From Octopus bimaculoides (Eukaryota), in contig NC_069001.1 of the NCBI RefSeq assembly GCF_001194135.2, positions 8,400,621 to 8,464,620 of the forward strand: 64,000 nucleotides of DNA, given 5' to 3'. Positions 51,570 through 63,815 of this stretch are shown here, one piece after another. The position numbers were made by a program, and so were the translations under genes. The notes under the pieces were generated by a model that saw only the letters and a list, made by a program, of their open reading frames with translations, had not been told where the DNA came from and made no database searches. Position 1 is the first letter of the stretch. Each line of letters starts with the position of its first letter.

Positions 51570-53303
51570 CACTGGCATGGCTGTGTAGTTAAGAAACTTG
51601 CTTTGTAACCACATGGTTTCAGGTTCAGTTCCACTGTATGACACCTTGGTCAAGTGTTTTCTACTATAGCCCCAAGGTGACCAATGCCTTGTGAACAAAT
51701 TAGGTAGACAGAAACTCTGTGTATGTGTGTCCTACCACTGCCTGACAACCAATGTTGGTGTGCTTAGGTCCCTGTAACTTAGCAGTTCGACAAAAGGAAC
51801 TGATAGAATAAGTACCAGGCTTTAAAAAAATAAATCCTGGGGTCATGCTGTTCAACTGAAAGCATCTAAATATGAAACATCATGAAAATTGTTCAAACTG
51901 AAGTCCTTCTTGAGCGACACCATTTTTCCAAACAAATAAATAAAATTGAATATTAAGCATTTATGGAATTTTGATGTACTGTCGAATGACTTATGGCCAA
52001 CACTGTATATGTATGTATGTATGCTACTGAAGAGGTGTGAGCATCAACTGAAGAGGAACGAACCAGCAAGTGTGTTGGAATGCAGTACAAAGGTAAACTG
52101 GCTAAGATGAGGCCAAATGGAGACACACAGAGTCTCATGGCCCAAGTTTTGGAGAGTGGAGTCCTACAATTTAAGAATTCCTGGTACAGGTAGATTACAA
52201 CAGCCTACTGAACACATCTACCTTGTTTTGCTGATGAAAGACAGCAATGAGGGAGCATCTACATGGTCATTTTGATTCACTAGAAATAGTACCCAACTAC
52301 CCACTCAAATTACACAATACCTGAAATATAAACGAAGGGGCGTTTGTTTATTTGTCGTAAACGAACGAAAATGAGACAGGTCACGGATGTACTGCCATTG
52401 ATTATAGTTCCAGTCAATCAGGGATGACCTGAGGGTAAACAACAATAACAAGAACAACAGAGAGAGAGGATTACTAGTCAGAATATACATTTTATGTAAG
52501 GTAAGGAGGTGGGGCTGGGACACTTCGCTAAACTGAATACATGAATCACATAATCTAACTATACATTAGAAATAGACAAACACAATAGACGCACACTATT
52601 TTGCACCTTAGGCAAAAAAAGATAGAGAGTGGGGGAGGAGGGAGAGAGAAAGAGAGAAACTAAGTGAGGGATCTGAGCACAATGCTGCAGCGGGGACGAA
52701 TATCCTTGAAAAATACAGAGGTGCATATCATGGTGCAGTATAGGTGTTTGCACGAAACTGTTGTAAATAACAACAACAACAATGATGGTGATGATGATGA
52801 TGATGATTGTGACTGATGGATGAAGGGGACAGTTTATGGGCAAAAACTTAAAGAAAAGGGTGTGGTGGGGTGACTTACGCAAGATCTGCTATGATTGGTT
52901 GCATATTAATGAGGTTAGTCTTAAAAAAAAAAACCTGTATACACAATGTATATATACACACACAAACACATACATATATATATACATACACACATGCAAA
53001 CAGAAACACATATAAGCACACAGACACCTACAAACACTCATGTGAACACACACATGAAGACAGACTTACACAAACACATACAAAGAGACAAATACACATG
53101 CATACACATATAAAAGTAATTACTTTTTTATTTTATTTTATTTTTTTTTTAAATGGAAAAAAAAAACAGAAATTTGCCAAAATAATGGATATAAGAACAA
53201 TAACAAGATAGGAACCGGTGAATACACAGCAGAGTGTGCAAGACCAGAAGAGAAATTGGACAACAGCAACAACAACAAAGCAACAATAAATAGCACAACA
53301 TAG

Positions 53304-53347
<44 letters not shown>

Positions 53348-53482
53348 CCTAAAAGAAGAAATAAAATTTAGCATTCTTTTCTCACACTGCTACCACCAAC
53401 CTTACCTCCCAAATAACCACCACTACTGCAACTACAACTTTCAACATCACCATCATTGACTACTACTGCCACTACTACTACA

Positions 53483-53515
<33 letters not shown>

Positions 53516-53864
53516 GCTACCACCACCACCACTATCATCATCACTATAACAGCTACCACCATCATCATCATCATCATCATCATTACTTTCATTGGCATCG
53601 GCATTGTTGTTGTTGTTGTTGTTGCCACTACCACTACCACCACCACCACCACCTTTACCTCCAACCAGTCTTCACCATAAATTCAAACAGGTGATATCAC
53701 TGAGCAGAAATGTAGGCCAGACAAGTATATATAATTGACTGCAATGAAGGTGAGTAGTAGTAGTAGTAGTAGTGTGTATGTGTGTGTGCGTGGAGGTAGA
53801 GTAGAAGCAATGGTATGGTATTCAAAATAATAGTATAAATATTAATAATAAAAATAATAATAAG

Positions 53865-53895
<31 letters not shown>

Positions 53896-54387
53896 TAAGT
53901 AGTTGTGGACGCTGTAAAAGGTGGTGGTAGAACCAATAATTGTCGGAGCCCCGGGAACAGTAAGTAAAAATCTTGAGAAGTACATGGAACAAATAGGGGC
54001 TGCAATAAGGGTGGAGCACTTGCAGAAAATAGCACTGCTTGGAACCGCTCGAATACTCCGGAAGGTGCTCGAAAAATAAGGGGTGTTGCCTTAGTTGACT
54101 GGTAGTGAACAGCTGACACCGTAGTACATCTCCAGTGTTAGAAGCTGTGCAAAGGCAATATAATAATAATAATAAACTTCTTCACTAAAGGTATAAGGCC
54201 TGAAATCTTGGAGGGAGGTGACTAGTCGATTACATCGACCCCAATGTTTCACTGGTACTTAATTTATCGACCCCAAGAGGATGAAAGCAAAGTCAACCTT
54301 GGTGGAATTTGAACTCAGAATGTAAAGACAGATGAAATGCTGTTAAGCATTTCGCCTGGCATGCTAATGGTTCTGCCAGCTCGCACC

Positions 54388-54430
<43 letters not shown>

Positions 54431-55760
54431 CCCTTTCTCCTACAGGCTCAAGGACTGAAATCTTTTAAGGGAGAGGTACTGATCAATTACATCAAGCCCA
54501 GTGCTAAACTGATACTTATTTCATTGACACCAGAATGATGAAAGGCAAACTTGATCTCAGCAGCATTTGAACTCAGAATATAAAAAGCCAGAAGAAATGC
54601 TGATAAACACTTTATGCAATGTGCTAACAATGCTGCAAGCTTGCCACTAGAAAAATTATGCTTATATTTGCCAACTGCAAATACAGCAGTTAAGGTCCAA
54701 CCAAGACAGGGAGACACACACCACACATTAGTTTCCGTCTACTAAATCCACTCACAAGACTTTGGTCAGCCTGGAGCTATAGTAGAAGACATTTGCCCAA
54801 GGTGCCACATCGTGGCATTGATCATGAAGCCACATGATTTGGAAGCAAACTTCATAACAACACAGCCACACTAAGTAGTAATAATAATAATAACGATTAT
54901 TTCTAATATAGGCACAATGCCAGAAATTTTGAGGAAGAAGGAGGGAAAACAGTGGATTAAACTGATCCCAGTACTTAACCGGTACTTTATTTCACTGCCC
55001 ACTCCCATGGAAGTATGACAAGCAAAGTAGACCTTGGCAGGATTTGAACTCAGTACTTAAAAAGTCATAACTAAATAGCAGAAGATATTTCTGTTTGACA
55101 CAGGCTAACAATTCTGCCTATCCACTTCCCAGCCAGGGTTGTGTAACGGAGGTAAGGTAAGTACATTTGAAAGGCAAGTTACAAAACAGAAGAGGGAGAG
55201 GATTACATAAAAACAATGGAGAGGGGGTCGGACACAGCCACTGAGGGACCAAAAAAAAAAAACTTTCCCCAGCAAGACTTCACACACACACACACACACA
55301 CACCGGTGTGTAATGCATGGTAGCTATGACACATAGTAGTGGTGAGGACAATGGTGGCAGTGGGTTTAGTATAAGTGGTGGCAGTGGTGATGGTTCTGCA
55401 ACAATGATGGTGGCAGTGGTGATGGTAGTGATGGTGGTAGTAGTGGTAGTGGTTGTGGTGGTGGTGGTAGTAATAGCATGGTGGTGGTGGCAGTGATGAT
55501 AACCATACTGGTCCCTGTTGTTGCTGTTTTGGTGGTGGTAGTGGTGGTGGTGGTGGCGGCAGAGGTGCCATTGCTGATGGCAGTGGGGGCAGGTATAACA
55601 GTGGCAATGCCTGGTTGCTAATAGAAACAGTTTCAAAAAAAAAGGTAGGTGTGTATGTGTGCGTGCATGAATGTGTATGTGTATGTATGTATATGTGTGT
55701 GCATATATGTGTGTGTGAGTGAGCGTATGCATATACACTCACATACACACACAAATATAT

Positions 55761-55815
<55 letters not shown>

Positions 55816-56223
55816 NNNNNNNNNNNNNNNNNNNNNNNNNNNNNNNNNNNNNNNNNNNNNNNNNNNNNNNNNNNNNNNNNNNNNNNNNNNNNNNNNNNNN
55901 NNNNNNNNNNNNNNNNNNNNNNNNNNNNNNNNNNNNNNNNNNNNNNNNNNNNNNNNNNNNNNNNNNNNNNNNNNNNNNNNNNNNNNNNNNNNNNNNNNNN
56001 NNNNNNNNNNNNNNNNNNNNNNNNNNNNNNNNNNNNNNNNNNNNNNNNNNNNNNNNNNNNNNNNNNNNNNNNNNNNNNNNNNNNNNNNNNNNNNNNNNNN
56101 TCCTCAGCCCCTGGGCCAATGAAACACTCACACATGTAGACTCATGCACACATAGCTGCACCTCTGCAACAGGTGAGAATTTATGTGAGAATCCATTGCT
56201 GCAAGTGGGGAGTGGGGAGGACC

Positions 56224-56267
<44 letters not shown>

Positions 56268-56640
56268 TAATGTTTGTTTTATGTTAAGTTACACTAAAAA
56301 CAATTTTACATCAATCTGATGGATTACTTTATACTTTTGTAGAATCCTAATTTATTATTCTTATACAAGAATGTTGTTGACAGTGACTTCAAAGTTTCAG
56401 CCATATACATACACACACGTGTGTATGAGTGTGTATGTGTAAATAGTAGTGGTACTGGTGCCACATAAAAAGCTCCCAGCACAGTCTGTAAAGTGGTTCG
56501 TATTAGGAAGAGCATCCAGCTGTAGAAACCAAACCAAAACAGGTCATGGAACCTGGTGTGGCTCCGGACTTTGCCAGCTCCTGTCAAACCAACCAACCCA
56601 TGCCAGCATGGAAAACAGATGTTAAATGATGATGACAATG

Positions 56641-56680
<40 letters not shown>

Positions 56681-59600
56681 CACTGACTGAAACAAGTAAT
56701 AAAAAAGATATTCTTTTACTTATTTCAGTCATTTGACTGCGGCCATGCTGGTGCATCACCTTTAGTCAAACAAATCAACTCCAGGACTTATTCTTTTTTT
56801 AAGCCCAATACTTATTCTATCAGTCTCTTTTGTCAAACCGCTAAGTTATGGGGGAGACAAACACAGACACACAAACATATACATACACACACACACACAC
56901 ATATATATATGATGGGCCTCTATCAGTTTCTGTCTACCAAATCCGCTCACAAGGCTTTGATCAGCCTGAGGCTATGGTAGATGATACTTGCCCAAGGTGT
57001 CACAGTGAGACTGAACCCAGAACCATGTGTTTGGGAAGCAAGCTTCTTACCACACAGCCACACTGCATTGATGGATATATAATTTCTTTATTTAAAGTAT
57101 ATATATATATATATATATATACATCCTTTTCATATTACTTGTTTCAGCCAGTGGACTGTAGCCATGCTGAACCGTGAAGGGTTTATTCAAACAAATCAGC
57201 TCCAGTACTTCTTTTTTTTAAAACTCTGGTGTTTATTCTATTGGCCTCTTTTGCCAAACTGCTAAGTAACAAGAATATAAACAAACACCACTTATCAAGC
57301 AGTGCTGAGGCACAGATACACACACACATATATGATGGGCTTCTCCATTAACAAGGCTTTGGTTGGCCAAAGAGTGTTGTAAAAGACACTTACCTAAAGT
57401 GCCAAGCAATTAGACAGAACCCAAAACCATGTCATTGAGGAGCAAACTTCTTACTCACATAGCCATGGCTGCATACAAAAGGATTATCATTGAAGATAAT
57501 CTGGACTGAAAAGTGGAGTTTTGCAAGTAGTACTTGTCAAAATGCATAGATGCACACTTTCAAACAAAGATTGTTTGGAGTGATGAGGCTACATTTAAAT
57601 CAAAAGGCTCAACTAACTTCCACAATTACACCTATTGAGGATCTGAGAATCCATATGTTACAGCAGAACATCATGCTAATTTACCAGGAGTTACTTATAC
57701 AGCACTGGCAGCTTATCATCAAAAGGATTTACTGAACCCATTTACTTGAACTTGCTGCAACAATCTGTCGTGTCAGCGTTCAAGAGGACTTTGAAGATGT
57801 GGAGTTTTATTTCCAGCAAGATGGAGCACCACTACACTATCATAGTAATGCAAGGGGCCACCTTGATTTTCCCAAGCATGTGGACTGGACAAAAAAGTCC
57901 AGTAGAATACCCTCCACATTCATCAGATCTCACACCACTAGATATTTTTATGGAGATGTTTAAAAGATAAAGTTTATGTTATAAAACTGTCAATGGTCAA
58001 TGAATTGAGGGTAGACATTAAAAGCAAGTGAGTCCAAGTACTGAACAAAACGTTTCTTGATGTCTGCAATTCCATTGCTTCACATTCTTAGCAGTGCCTG
58101 GACCGGAACAGTCATAAGTTTGAAAACAAGCATTCATAAAAAAAATTAAACTTTGAAAGTAAAATGCATTTTAATAAACACTGACTTTATAATCATTCAA
58201 TGTGTGTATACACTTTTTGGGACGCCCTGTGTCCCATATGAGCATGTGTATGTACACACACACATATACAGACAGAGAGATAAGCATTGAGTAATTATAA
58301 TGACAATGGAAACAGAAGAAAGAAATGAAAAAAAAAATGCAATGAATCAGCTGAAATATAATTTTAAAAGAACTCAGGCTGTCTGTAGTTTCTGGTTGGA
58401 TGAACAGTGAAAGAGCAACAGCAGTATAATGAATTCATTATCTTACCTGGCTCATTAGATGGCTCACCTGACAAGCTTAACTGGGTCACCACTAACTACA
58501 CCATGAGTGGAATAACAGAGGATCAACATGGACATTTGATTTGCTAGAAATAGCAGTGAAATTTATTCCGTAAATCACACACCACCATAGGGCCTTATTA
58601 AAAGGGAAGACATATTGGATAGTGGTGTTCTAGATACAAAGTGAAGTTGTGTGGCATAGGTGGTTTACTTGGGACTCACAATCAGGGAGTCAAGGGTTTG
58701 ATTCCTTGACAAAGTGGTACTTCACAGATAATTAGTCCACAATCTTGCAAATGGCTACGACATACTGGATAATGATGAGCCTCACTATATGCATACATAC
58801 ATATGTATGCATATATAGATATATATACATATATAACTATACACATATATATATATATACATATAAGTACATACATACACATATTTATCTATATATATAC
58901 ATATAAGTACATACATACACATATTTATCTATATATATACATACACACACATATGCATATATTAATACATATATATATATACATATATAAACACAGACAT
59001 AGGTAGAGCATTTTGCTTAACATGATATTCTCTAGCCATTCTGCCAATCCATAAAAATAACTAAATGTCAGATGGAGTGGACAGGATGAGAGAATCATGT
59101 CATCTGGATAAAGAGGGGCAACAATGAAGAGGAGGAGGGTGTGTTAGTAGGTATGTGTGTGTGTGTGTGTGTCAGTGTGTAGTAGTAATAGTAATAGTAG
59201 ATAATGGTAGAGTGGTAGAGAAGAGAAGATGAAGGAGTATGGAAGTGAAGAGAAGAGTAATCATAGCGGTGATGGCTAGGAGATTGCGGTGATGGCTAGG
59301 AGATTATGGTGATGCTGAAGATTATCATGATGGTGGTGGTAGTAGTAATAGTGGTAGTGGTGTTGGTGGTGGTGGTGATACAGAGGGTCGTGGTGGCGGT
59401 AGCAGCTATGATAGCAGTTCCTAGTCATTTAATGAAGTAAACAAGTGATTGAATGGGGTGATAGAATGGAAAGGAGGTTGTGAGGTAAGGGTATGGCATT
59501 AGCCAATGTGGAAATCTCAGATCATTATTTCATTTTTCTCCCCTTTTTTTAAAAAGGTCATAAGACTTGAGCAAAACAAAAAAAACAAAAAAAGAAAAGA

Positions 59601-60943
59601 AAAAAGGGGTTCATCTAAATTGATACAGGCAATAAACACTGTTAGTATACTGACAGCAGTTAACCCTCTCAAAAGCAGTAAAGCTAACAGAAAACAGAAC
59701 CACCAGGATTAAACAGCTGTACAATATAGCCACAACGAGCCACCTGCTAGAAATAGAAGCAAAATCTCTCTCAAACCCATATCATTCCAACTTTCAGAAA
59801 ATGGATAAGGGTTTGTAGATATTCTGGTGGATTCTCTGTCATTTTTGATAATGACCATTCTGTTATTTAATCAACTGAGTTCCTAATCAGATCATGTCTC
59901 ACTTGTAACGTTCCATTTTTGGCATAGTTTCTATGGTTAGATGCCATTCCTAACACCAATCACTTCACAAGGATACATTTCACTGGATACATTTTTCCAT
60001 GACACCATCACTAGTGATATTGCCTTGTCCCCTGCAAGTAGGGTCCTCTCTACCCAACACTGTCTTTTCAAGGTAAACGTGACCAAGAGTGATGTCCCTG
60101 AAAGGTGAAAGGCAAAGTTGACCTCAATGGGATTTGAACTCAGAGTGCAGAATGCCGAAACAACTACTGCTAGATATTTTATTCCACATTATAACAGCTC
60201 TGCCAATTCAATGCCTCGACCCTTTGGATACCAACCTGCATAAAACAACCCCTAGTTCTATGGTACAAACTTGATATTTTAAAGTGGCTGCGTGATAAGA
60301 AGCTTGCTACTCAATCACAGGGTTTCAGGAGAATGCCCCCTTCATGATTGCTTGACCTACAAGAAATAACAGCTAAATCTCTCCCAAATCATACCACAGC
60401 TTCATAATAAAATGGAAGGACACATCAGAAAGTGCACTTCTTTATACGTTATGCCTAGGTCAATACAGGATGGCCATAGTTGGAACACCAATAACCAATT
60501 TGGGATTGATTACCACCACCACCACCACCAACAACAACATGGCACTATATTACATTCTTAAAACAATGATATATTGCCATCAGTCTGTATATACTGCCCT
60601 CTAGTGGAGAAAGGTTTAGGGAGTCATAAAAATGTTTGCATAAATACTTAATATTTTATGAGTATTTCAGAAGATTTCATTGCAGAGCAGAAACCTGGAT
60701 GACAAAATAATTGGATTAGGTGTCAGACTAGTATTTCAGATATCTACCATCAATCAGCTACAAAAGACACAGTAAGACAATATTTTCTTTGATCATATAA
60801 ACCCCAGTGCTCTGAGGTGAGTTGTGTCAAAGATCAAGGACTAAATTGCACAATAAATTATTTCCAGTAGACACTTCCATACCTTTGAAAGGTTAAACAC
60901 TTGAAAAAGTTCAAATATTTCTTCTATTTCTCTTACCATACAA
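34023..60943 (-). CDS. Unidentified multi-exon protein-coding gene, 3' part, convergent with vav; 5' end probably beyond the window
   Basis: Two phase-consistent exon chains: 60943-60883 > 52919-52879 > 52428-52321 and 38717-38676 > 35174-35045 > 34138-34023(stop). A phase 2-to-0 link between the chains was not found (it may lie in the 42117-42499 gap). No family recognised. Confidence 0.6.
34213..34768 (+). mobile_element. SINE family A copy interrupted by an antisense family-E SINE (34404-34560)
   Basis: A head to (TA)n, then (CAT)n-GTTTAACGTCCGCTTTCCATGC...GGATGCCCTTCC, then the A body resumes. Confidence 0.85.
35045..35174 (-). CDS. Exon of the minus-strand gene ([43 protein letters not shown])
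   Basis: tatgtctgttttag| ... |gtaagt; 130 nt, phase 0-1, joins the terminal exon in frame. Confidence 0.78.
37880..38275 (-). mobile_element. SINE family A, diverged copy
   Basis: Colinear with family A; other diverged copies at 47515-47700 (+), 51575-51860 (+), 56690-57062 (-), 57130-57470 (-), 54730-54870 (-), 61480-61650 (-). Confidence 0.8.
38676..38717 (-). CDS. Probable exon of the minus-strand gene ([14 protein letters not shown])
   Basis: aattattttgtcag| ... AAG|gtattt; 42 nt, phase 0-0. Confidence 0.5.
40450..40660 (+). mobile_element. SINE-like family F (GCTAGAAATAGCAGCCAAAT...GGAATGCC...GCTGACCTGGGGCTAAA-(CAA)n)
   Basis: More than 12 diverged copies, e.g. 16340-16560, 44660-44830, 47000-48060, 48715-48850, 58530-58640, 60340-60540. 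Confidence 0.65.
40944..41168. mobile_element. piggyBac-type MITE family 2
   Basis: TTAA-CCCTTTCG...CAAAAGGG-TTAA; partial copy at about 22170-22279. Confidence 0.85.
41314..41895 (+). mobile_element. Head-to-tail trimer of family B SINEs
   Basis: Three consecutive copies starting at about 41314, 41541 and 41755. Confidence 0.85.
42005..42076. mobile_element. Mariner (mellifera-like) terminal remnant
   Basis: GCAATAATTATGCACCAACCCAATA resembles the TTAGGTTGGTGCA-type TIR. Confidence 0.5.
43199..43650. mobile_element. piggyBac-type MITE family 1, interrupted by a family 2 MITE
   Basis: CCCTTT...AAGGG ends with TTAA (left copy TTCA); the same element occurs at 15544-15771. Confidence 0.8.
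43407..43636. mobile_element. piggyBac-type MITE family 2 (222 bp plus TTAA TSDs)
   Basis: TTAA-CCCTTTTG...GAAGGG-TTAA; reverse-oriented copy at 40944-41168. Confidence 0.85.
43690..43980 (+). mobile_element. Possible bipartite non-autonomous RTE-derived element
   Basis: RTE 5'UTR-like CAGGTCAAAAGGATAGAAGCCAGACTAA joined to the RTE C-terminal relic [15 protein letters not shown]. Confidence 0.4.
45874..46098 (+). mobile_element. Mariner-derived MITE (225 bp incl. TA), inserted into a family-F SINE
   Basis: 33-bp TIRs with 4 mismatches (TACATGAGGGG.TG.TGAAAAG.TC.TGGCTTT); internal relic of a transposase C-terminus ([12 protein letters not shown]). Confidence 0.85.
46226..46688 (+). mobile_element. 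Head-to-tail dimer of family B SINEs
   Basis: Two complete copies (46226-46447, 46466-46688), each ending AGAAAGGATTATTATTA. Confidence 0.9.
48881..49192 (-). mobile_element. Mariner fragment (transposase C-terminus + one TIR)
   Basis: TACGAGGGTGAGTCAAAAAGTAATGC TIR; minus strand [18 protein letters not shown]...[15 protein letters not shown]. Confidence 0.85.
49230..49530 (+). mobile_element. Old SINE with CORE-like middle and family-C tail
   Basis: GAGCAAGGTGTTTTATTCCAC...CACTCAGCTGGCAAAAATGAA followed by CCAGCCTTGTCAC...GTCACGCTGAAT...GAGTGCTCAGCCAC. Confidence 0.75.
50241..50618. mobile_element. hAT (Charlie-like) MITE interrupted by a family-E SINE (50340-50560)
   Basis: TIRs CAGTAGTTCCCAACC / GGTTGGGAACCACTG; 8-bp TSD CACTAGAA / CACTAAAA. 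Confidence 0.8.
52321..52428 (-). CDS. Exon of the minus-strand gene ([35 protein letters not shown])
   Basis: ttgtttaccctcag| ... CAG|gtattg; 108 nt, only one frame open, phase 2-2. Confidence 0.68.
52879..52919 (-). CDS. Exon of the minus-strand gene ([14 protein letters not shown])
   Basis: ttttttttttaag| ... |gtaagt; 41 nt, phase 0-2, bridges the 60883 and 52428 exons in frame. Confidence 0.7.
53895..54175 (+). mobile_element. 5'-truncated R4-clade (Dong-like) LINE 3' end within (AAT)n
   Basis: [52 protein letters not shown] (stop 54077-54079), short 3' UTR, (AAT)n on both sides. Confidence 0.8.
57552..58231 (+). mobile_element. Tc1/mariner-superfamily (Tc3/maT-like) transposase pseudogene, 3' half + TIR
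   Basis: [11 protein letters not shown]...[31 protein letters not shown] (WPPRSPDLTPLDFF-like); right TIR ACTTTTTGGGACGCCCTGT. Confidence 0.85.
60883..60943 (-). CDS. Exon of the minus-strand gene ([20 protein letters not shown])
   Basis: cctccactatctag| ... AAG|gtatgg; 61 nt, phase 2-0. Confidence 0.62.
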
Positions 60944-61114
60944 CTAGATAGTGGAGGAGGAGGGATGTGTGAGAAAATGAAATATACATGGTTACTGAAG
61001 CGAGAGAGACCCACCCACAACTGTGTCAATGAGGAGTGAGTGTCAAGGTATGTATATACACATACAAATGTGTATAAGTCTGTCTCCGTATGTATTTATA
61101 TTAATGTGTGTATG

Positions 61115-61166
<52 letters not shown>

Positions 61167-61678
61167 CTATGTATATTCATAATGTGGTCGAGGGTAAGCA
61201 ATAAACTACAACTACATCAATGTAGCCATGAAGGCGAGACAATAATATAAATAATTAGCAACTTCTTATTTATTGACAATAACTTAAGACTGTAAGGGAG
61301 TGGAATGGGATTGTGCAACACTGAGGGCTTTTCTCAAGCGTAACAGTATCATGGGTACTGAAATAAATTGGCCACAACAAGCTGGGTTGGTTGAGAGAAC
61401 TGGCAATGGAGACATCACATACTTGGGTGGTACCATGAGTGGAAGATGAAAATAAAATAATCACTTTATTCCTATTTTTTACTTGTTCTTCAGCCATTGC
61501 ACTGTGGCCATTCTGGGGCACCATCTTGAAGTGTTTAGTCAAACAAATCATCTCCAGTACTATTTCTTAAGTCTAGTACTTATTCTATCAGCCTCTTTCA
61601 CCAAACTGCTAAGTTATAGGGACATAAGCAAACCAACACTGGTTGTTGAACAATGAGAGGAGGAGAACTAACATAAAG

Positions 61679-61712
<34 letters not shown>

Positions 61713-61744
61713 TTGCTGCCTTTCTTGGTCCTTTAATAACAATA

Positions 61745-62163
61745 ACTGTTTCAAATTTTGGAACAAGGCCAGCAATTTCAGGAAAGAGGCTAAGTCATTT
61801 ACAATGTCCCCACCCAGTGCTCAACTGGTACTTATTTTATTGACTCCGTAAAGGATGAAAATCAAAGTTGACCTCAGCGACATTTGAACTCAGAACGTAA
61901 AAACGGACGAAATGCCACTAAGCATTTTGCCCAGCAAGCTAAAAATTCTTTTCTACTCTAAGCACAAGGCCCAAAATTTGAGGGGGGGGGGGTAGTCAAT
62001 TAGATCAACCCCAGTATGCAACTGGGACTTAATTTACCGACCCCTAAAAGGATGAAAAGCAAAGTCAACCTTGGCGGAATTTGAACTCAGAACATAAAAA
62101 CAGACGAAATACCACTAAGCATTTTGCCCGGCATGCTAACGTTCCTGCCAGCTCGTCGCCTTA
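61745..62163 (-). mobile_element. Head-to-tail family B SINEs
   Basis: Two copies; other minus copies at 2148-2320, 11940-12148, 33340-33541, 54178-54390, 54428-54645; plus copies at 32220-32440, 44130-44345. Confidence 0.85.
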
Positions 62164-62908
62164 ACAATAACAAATAGCAACTGCAATCTTCCCTAGGCAC
62201 ATAGCCTTTCGTTAAATAGGTGCAATACATAAAAGGTTTAGCCTTAATGTATATTTTCTCTTTTGTTTCCATTTCACCTGTCAAGATCACAATGAGCCCT
62301 TCACTCCATGCAAGGTCTAATAAATATTACTGGTGCACTTTCTATCAACCTGTGAAGGGTGAAAGGCACAGTCAATTCCATGAGGAATTGAACATGTAAA
62401 CCCAGAGTAACAAAACTAAATAAGCTAAAAAGGTGATCGTCAGAGACCTAATGGATAAGAAGCTACATGATTAAGGGGTCATATTACTGAGCAGATGCTG
62501 TTGACTGGCATCTGCTTTTAAGCCACAAGTTAACCAGTACTTTATGAGTGAAATTTAGTTGATAGAAACTGAAAGAAGCCTGTCATATATCTATGTGTAT
62601 GTGTGAGTGCATGACTGAGTGTGTTTTCCCCTTATGTGCAAGTTGATTTGTAACCAAAACCCCACCATTCATACAAATGTTGTCACATGTTTGCAATCTT
62701 CTGTGAAAGCATGTCAGGGCTATCCATTGTACAACAGACTGGGGAGATGGAGGGGAGGGTATTTTTACCTTGCATGGAAATGGGTAAACGGCATCATCAA
62801 GGAGGGCATCTGACCATAGAATATTCTGCCGCAATGAAGTCTAGCTTGAGCCATGAAAGCATGGAAAAATAGATGTTATGACAATGATGACATATAATAC
62901 ATGTATGT

Positions 62909-62948
<40 letters not shown>

Positions 62949-63228
62949 ACTCACGATGGAATAGAGAAACAGACTTTAAAGATGAGTAAATGAATGAATA
63001 TTATATATTGTATATCAACCCATACCAGCATAAAACATGGGTGTTAAATGATGATGATGATTGTTAATGATGATGATATTCTGATATATATATTTTGGAG
63101 TAGTACTTGTTTGACAAGTAACTAGATTTTTGACTGTCTTAAATATGTGGCAATTTACACAGTAAAAAAAAAAAAAACACAGTCATTTTACCCATTTAAT
63201 ATATAACACAAAAACATTCTACACTCAC

Positions 63229-63256
63229 TTTTATAGCTATTTCTTAATAGTACAGT
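63229..63256 (-). CDS. Possible short exon of the minus-strand gene (TVLLRNSYK)
   Basis: tttttattctag| ... |gtgagt; 28 nt, phase 0-1; strong sites but no in-frame link to 60943 found. Confidence 0.3.
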
Positions 63257-63428
63257 CTAGAATAAAAAGTCCAAAAAGTTTTGACGTACTTCTATGATTT
63301 GATTATTAATGTAAAACCAGTGTACTTCAAAATCAATCTCATGAATCTCATGGTTGTACTTATCACTGACTCAGCTACTTTACACAAACGTGTCATTTCT
63401 CATTGAATACACACACACACACATACAC

Positions 63429-63468
<40 letters not shown>

Positions 63469-63470
63469 TA

Positions 63471-63815
63471 GTGAAGGTGCATGGCTCAGTGGTTAGAGCA
63501 TTGGGCTCACAATCATGAGGTAGTGAGTTCAATTCCTGGAATAGGTTATGTATTGTGTTCTTGAGCAAGACACTTTATTTCATGTTGCTCCAGTTCACTC
63601 AGCTGTAGAAATGAGTTGTGACATCATTAGTGCCAAGCTGTATTGGGCCCTTTGCCTTTCACTTGGACAACATCGGTGACGTGGAGAGGGGAGGCTGGTA
63701 TGCATGGGCGATTGCTGGTCTTCCATAAACAACTTTGCCCAGACTTGTGCCTCGGAAGGAAACTTTCTAGGCGCAATCTCATGGTCATTCATGACCGAAG
63801 GGGGCCTTTACCCTT
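63471..63815 (+). mobile_element. tRNA-derived CORE-type SINE, family D
   Basis: A box TGGCTCAGTGG, B box GAGTTCAATTCC, CORE-like TTGAGCAAGACACTTTATTTC...CAGCTGTAGAAATGAG; other copies at 31110-31445 (+), 362-433 (-, head) and 9255-9440 (-). Confidence 0.85.

Noticed and set aside
53691-53749. Plus-strand AG...GTGAGT exon-like segment
   Set aside because: All three frames are closed, and there are no partner exons on + in this region.
62278-62316. Possible minus-strand exon (N-LAWSEGLIVILT, phase 1-1) following 63229-63256
   Set aside because: Modest splice sites, and no convincing phase 1-to-2 exon links it to 60943; left unassigned.
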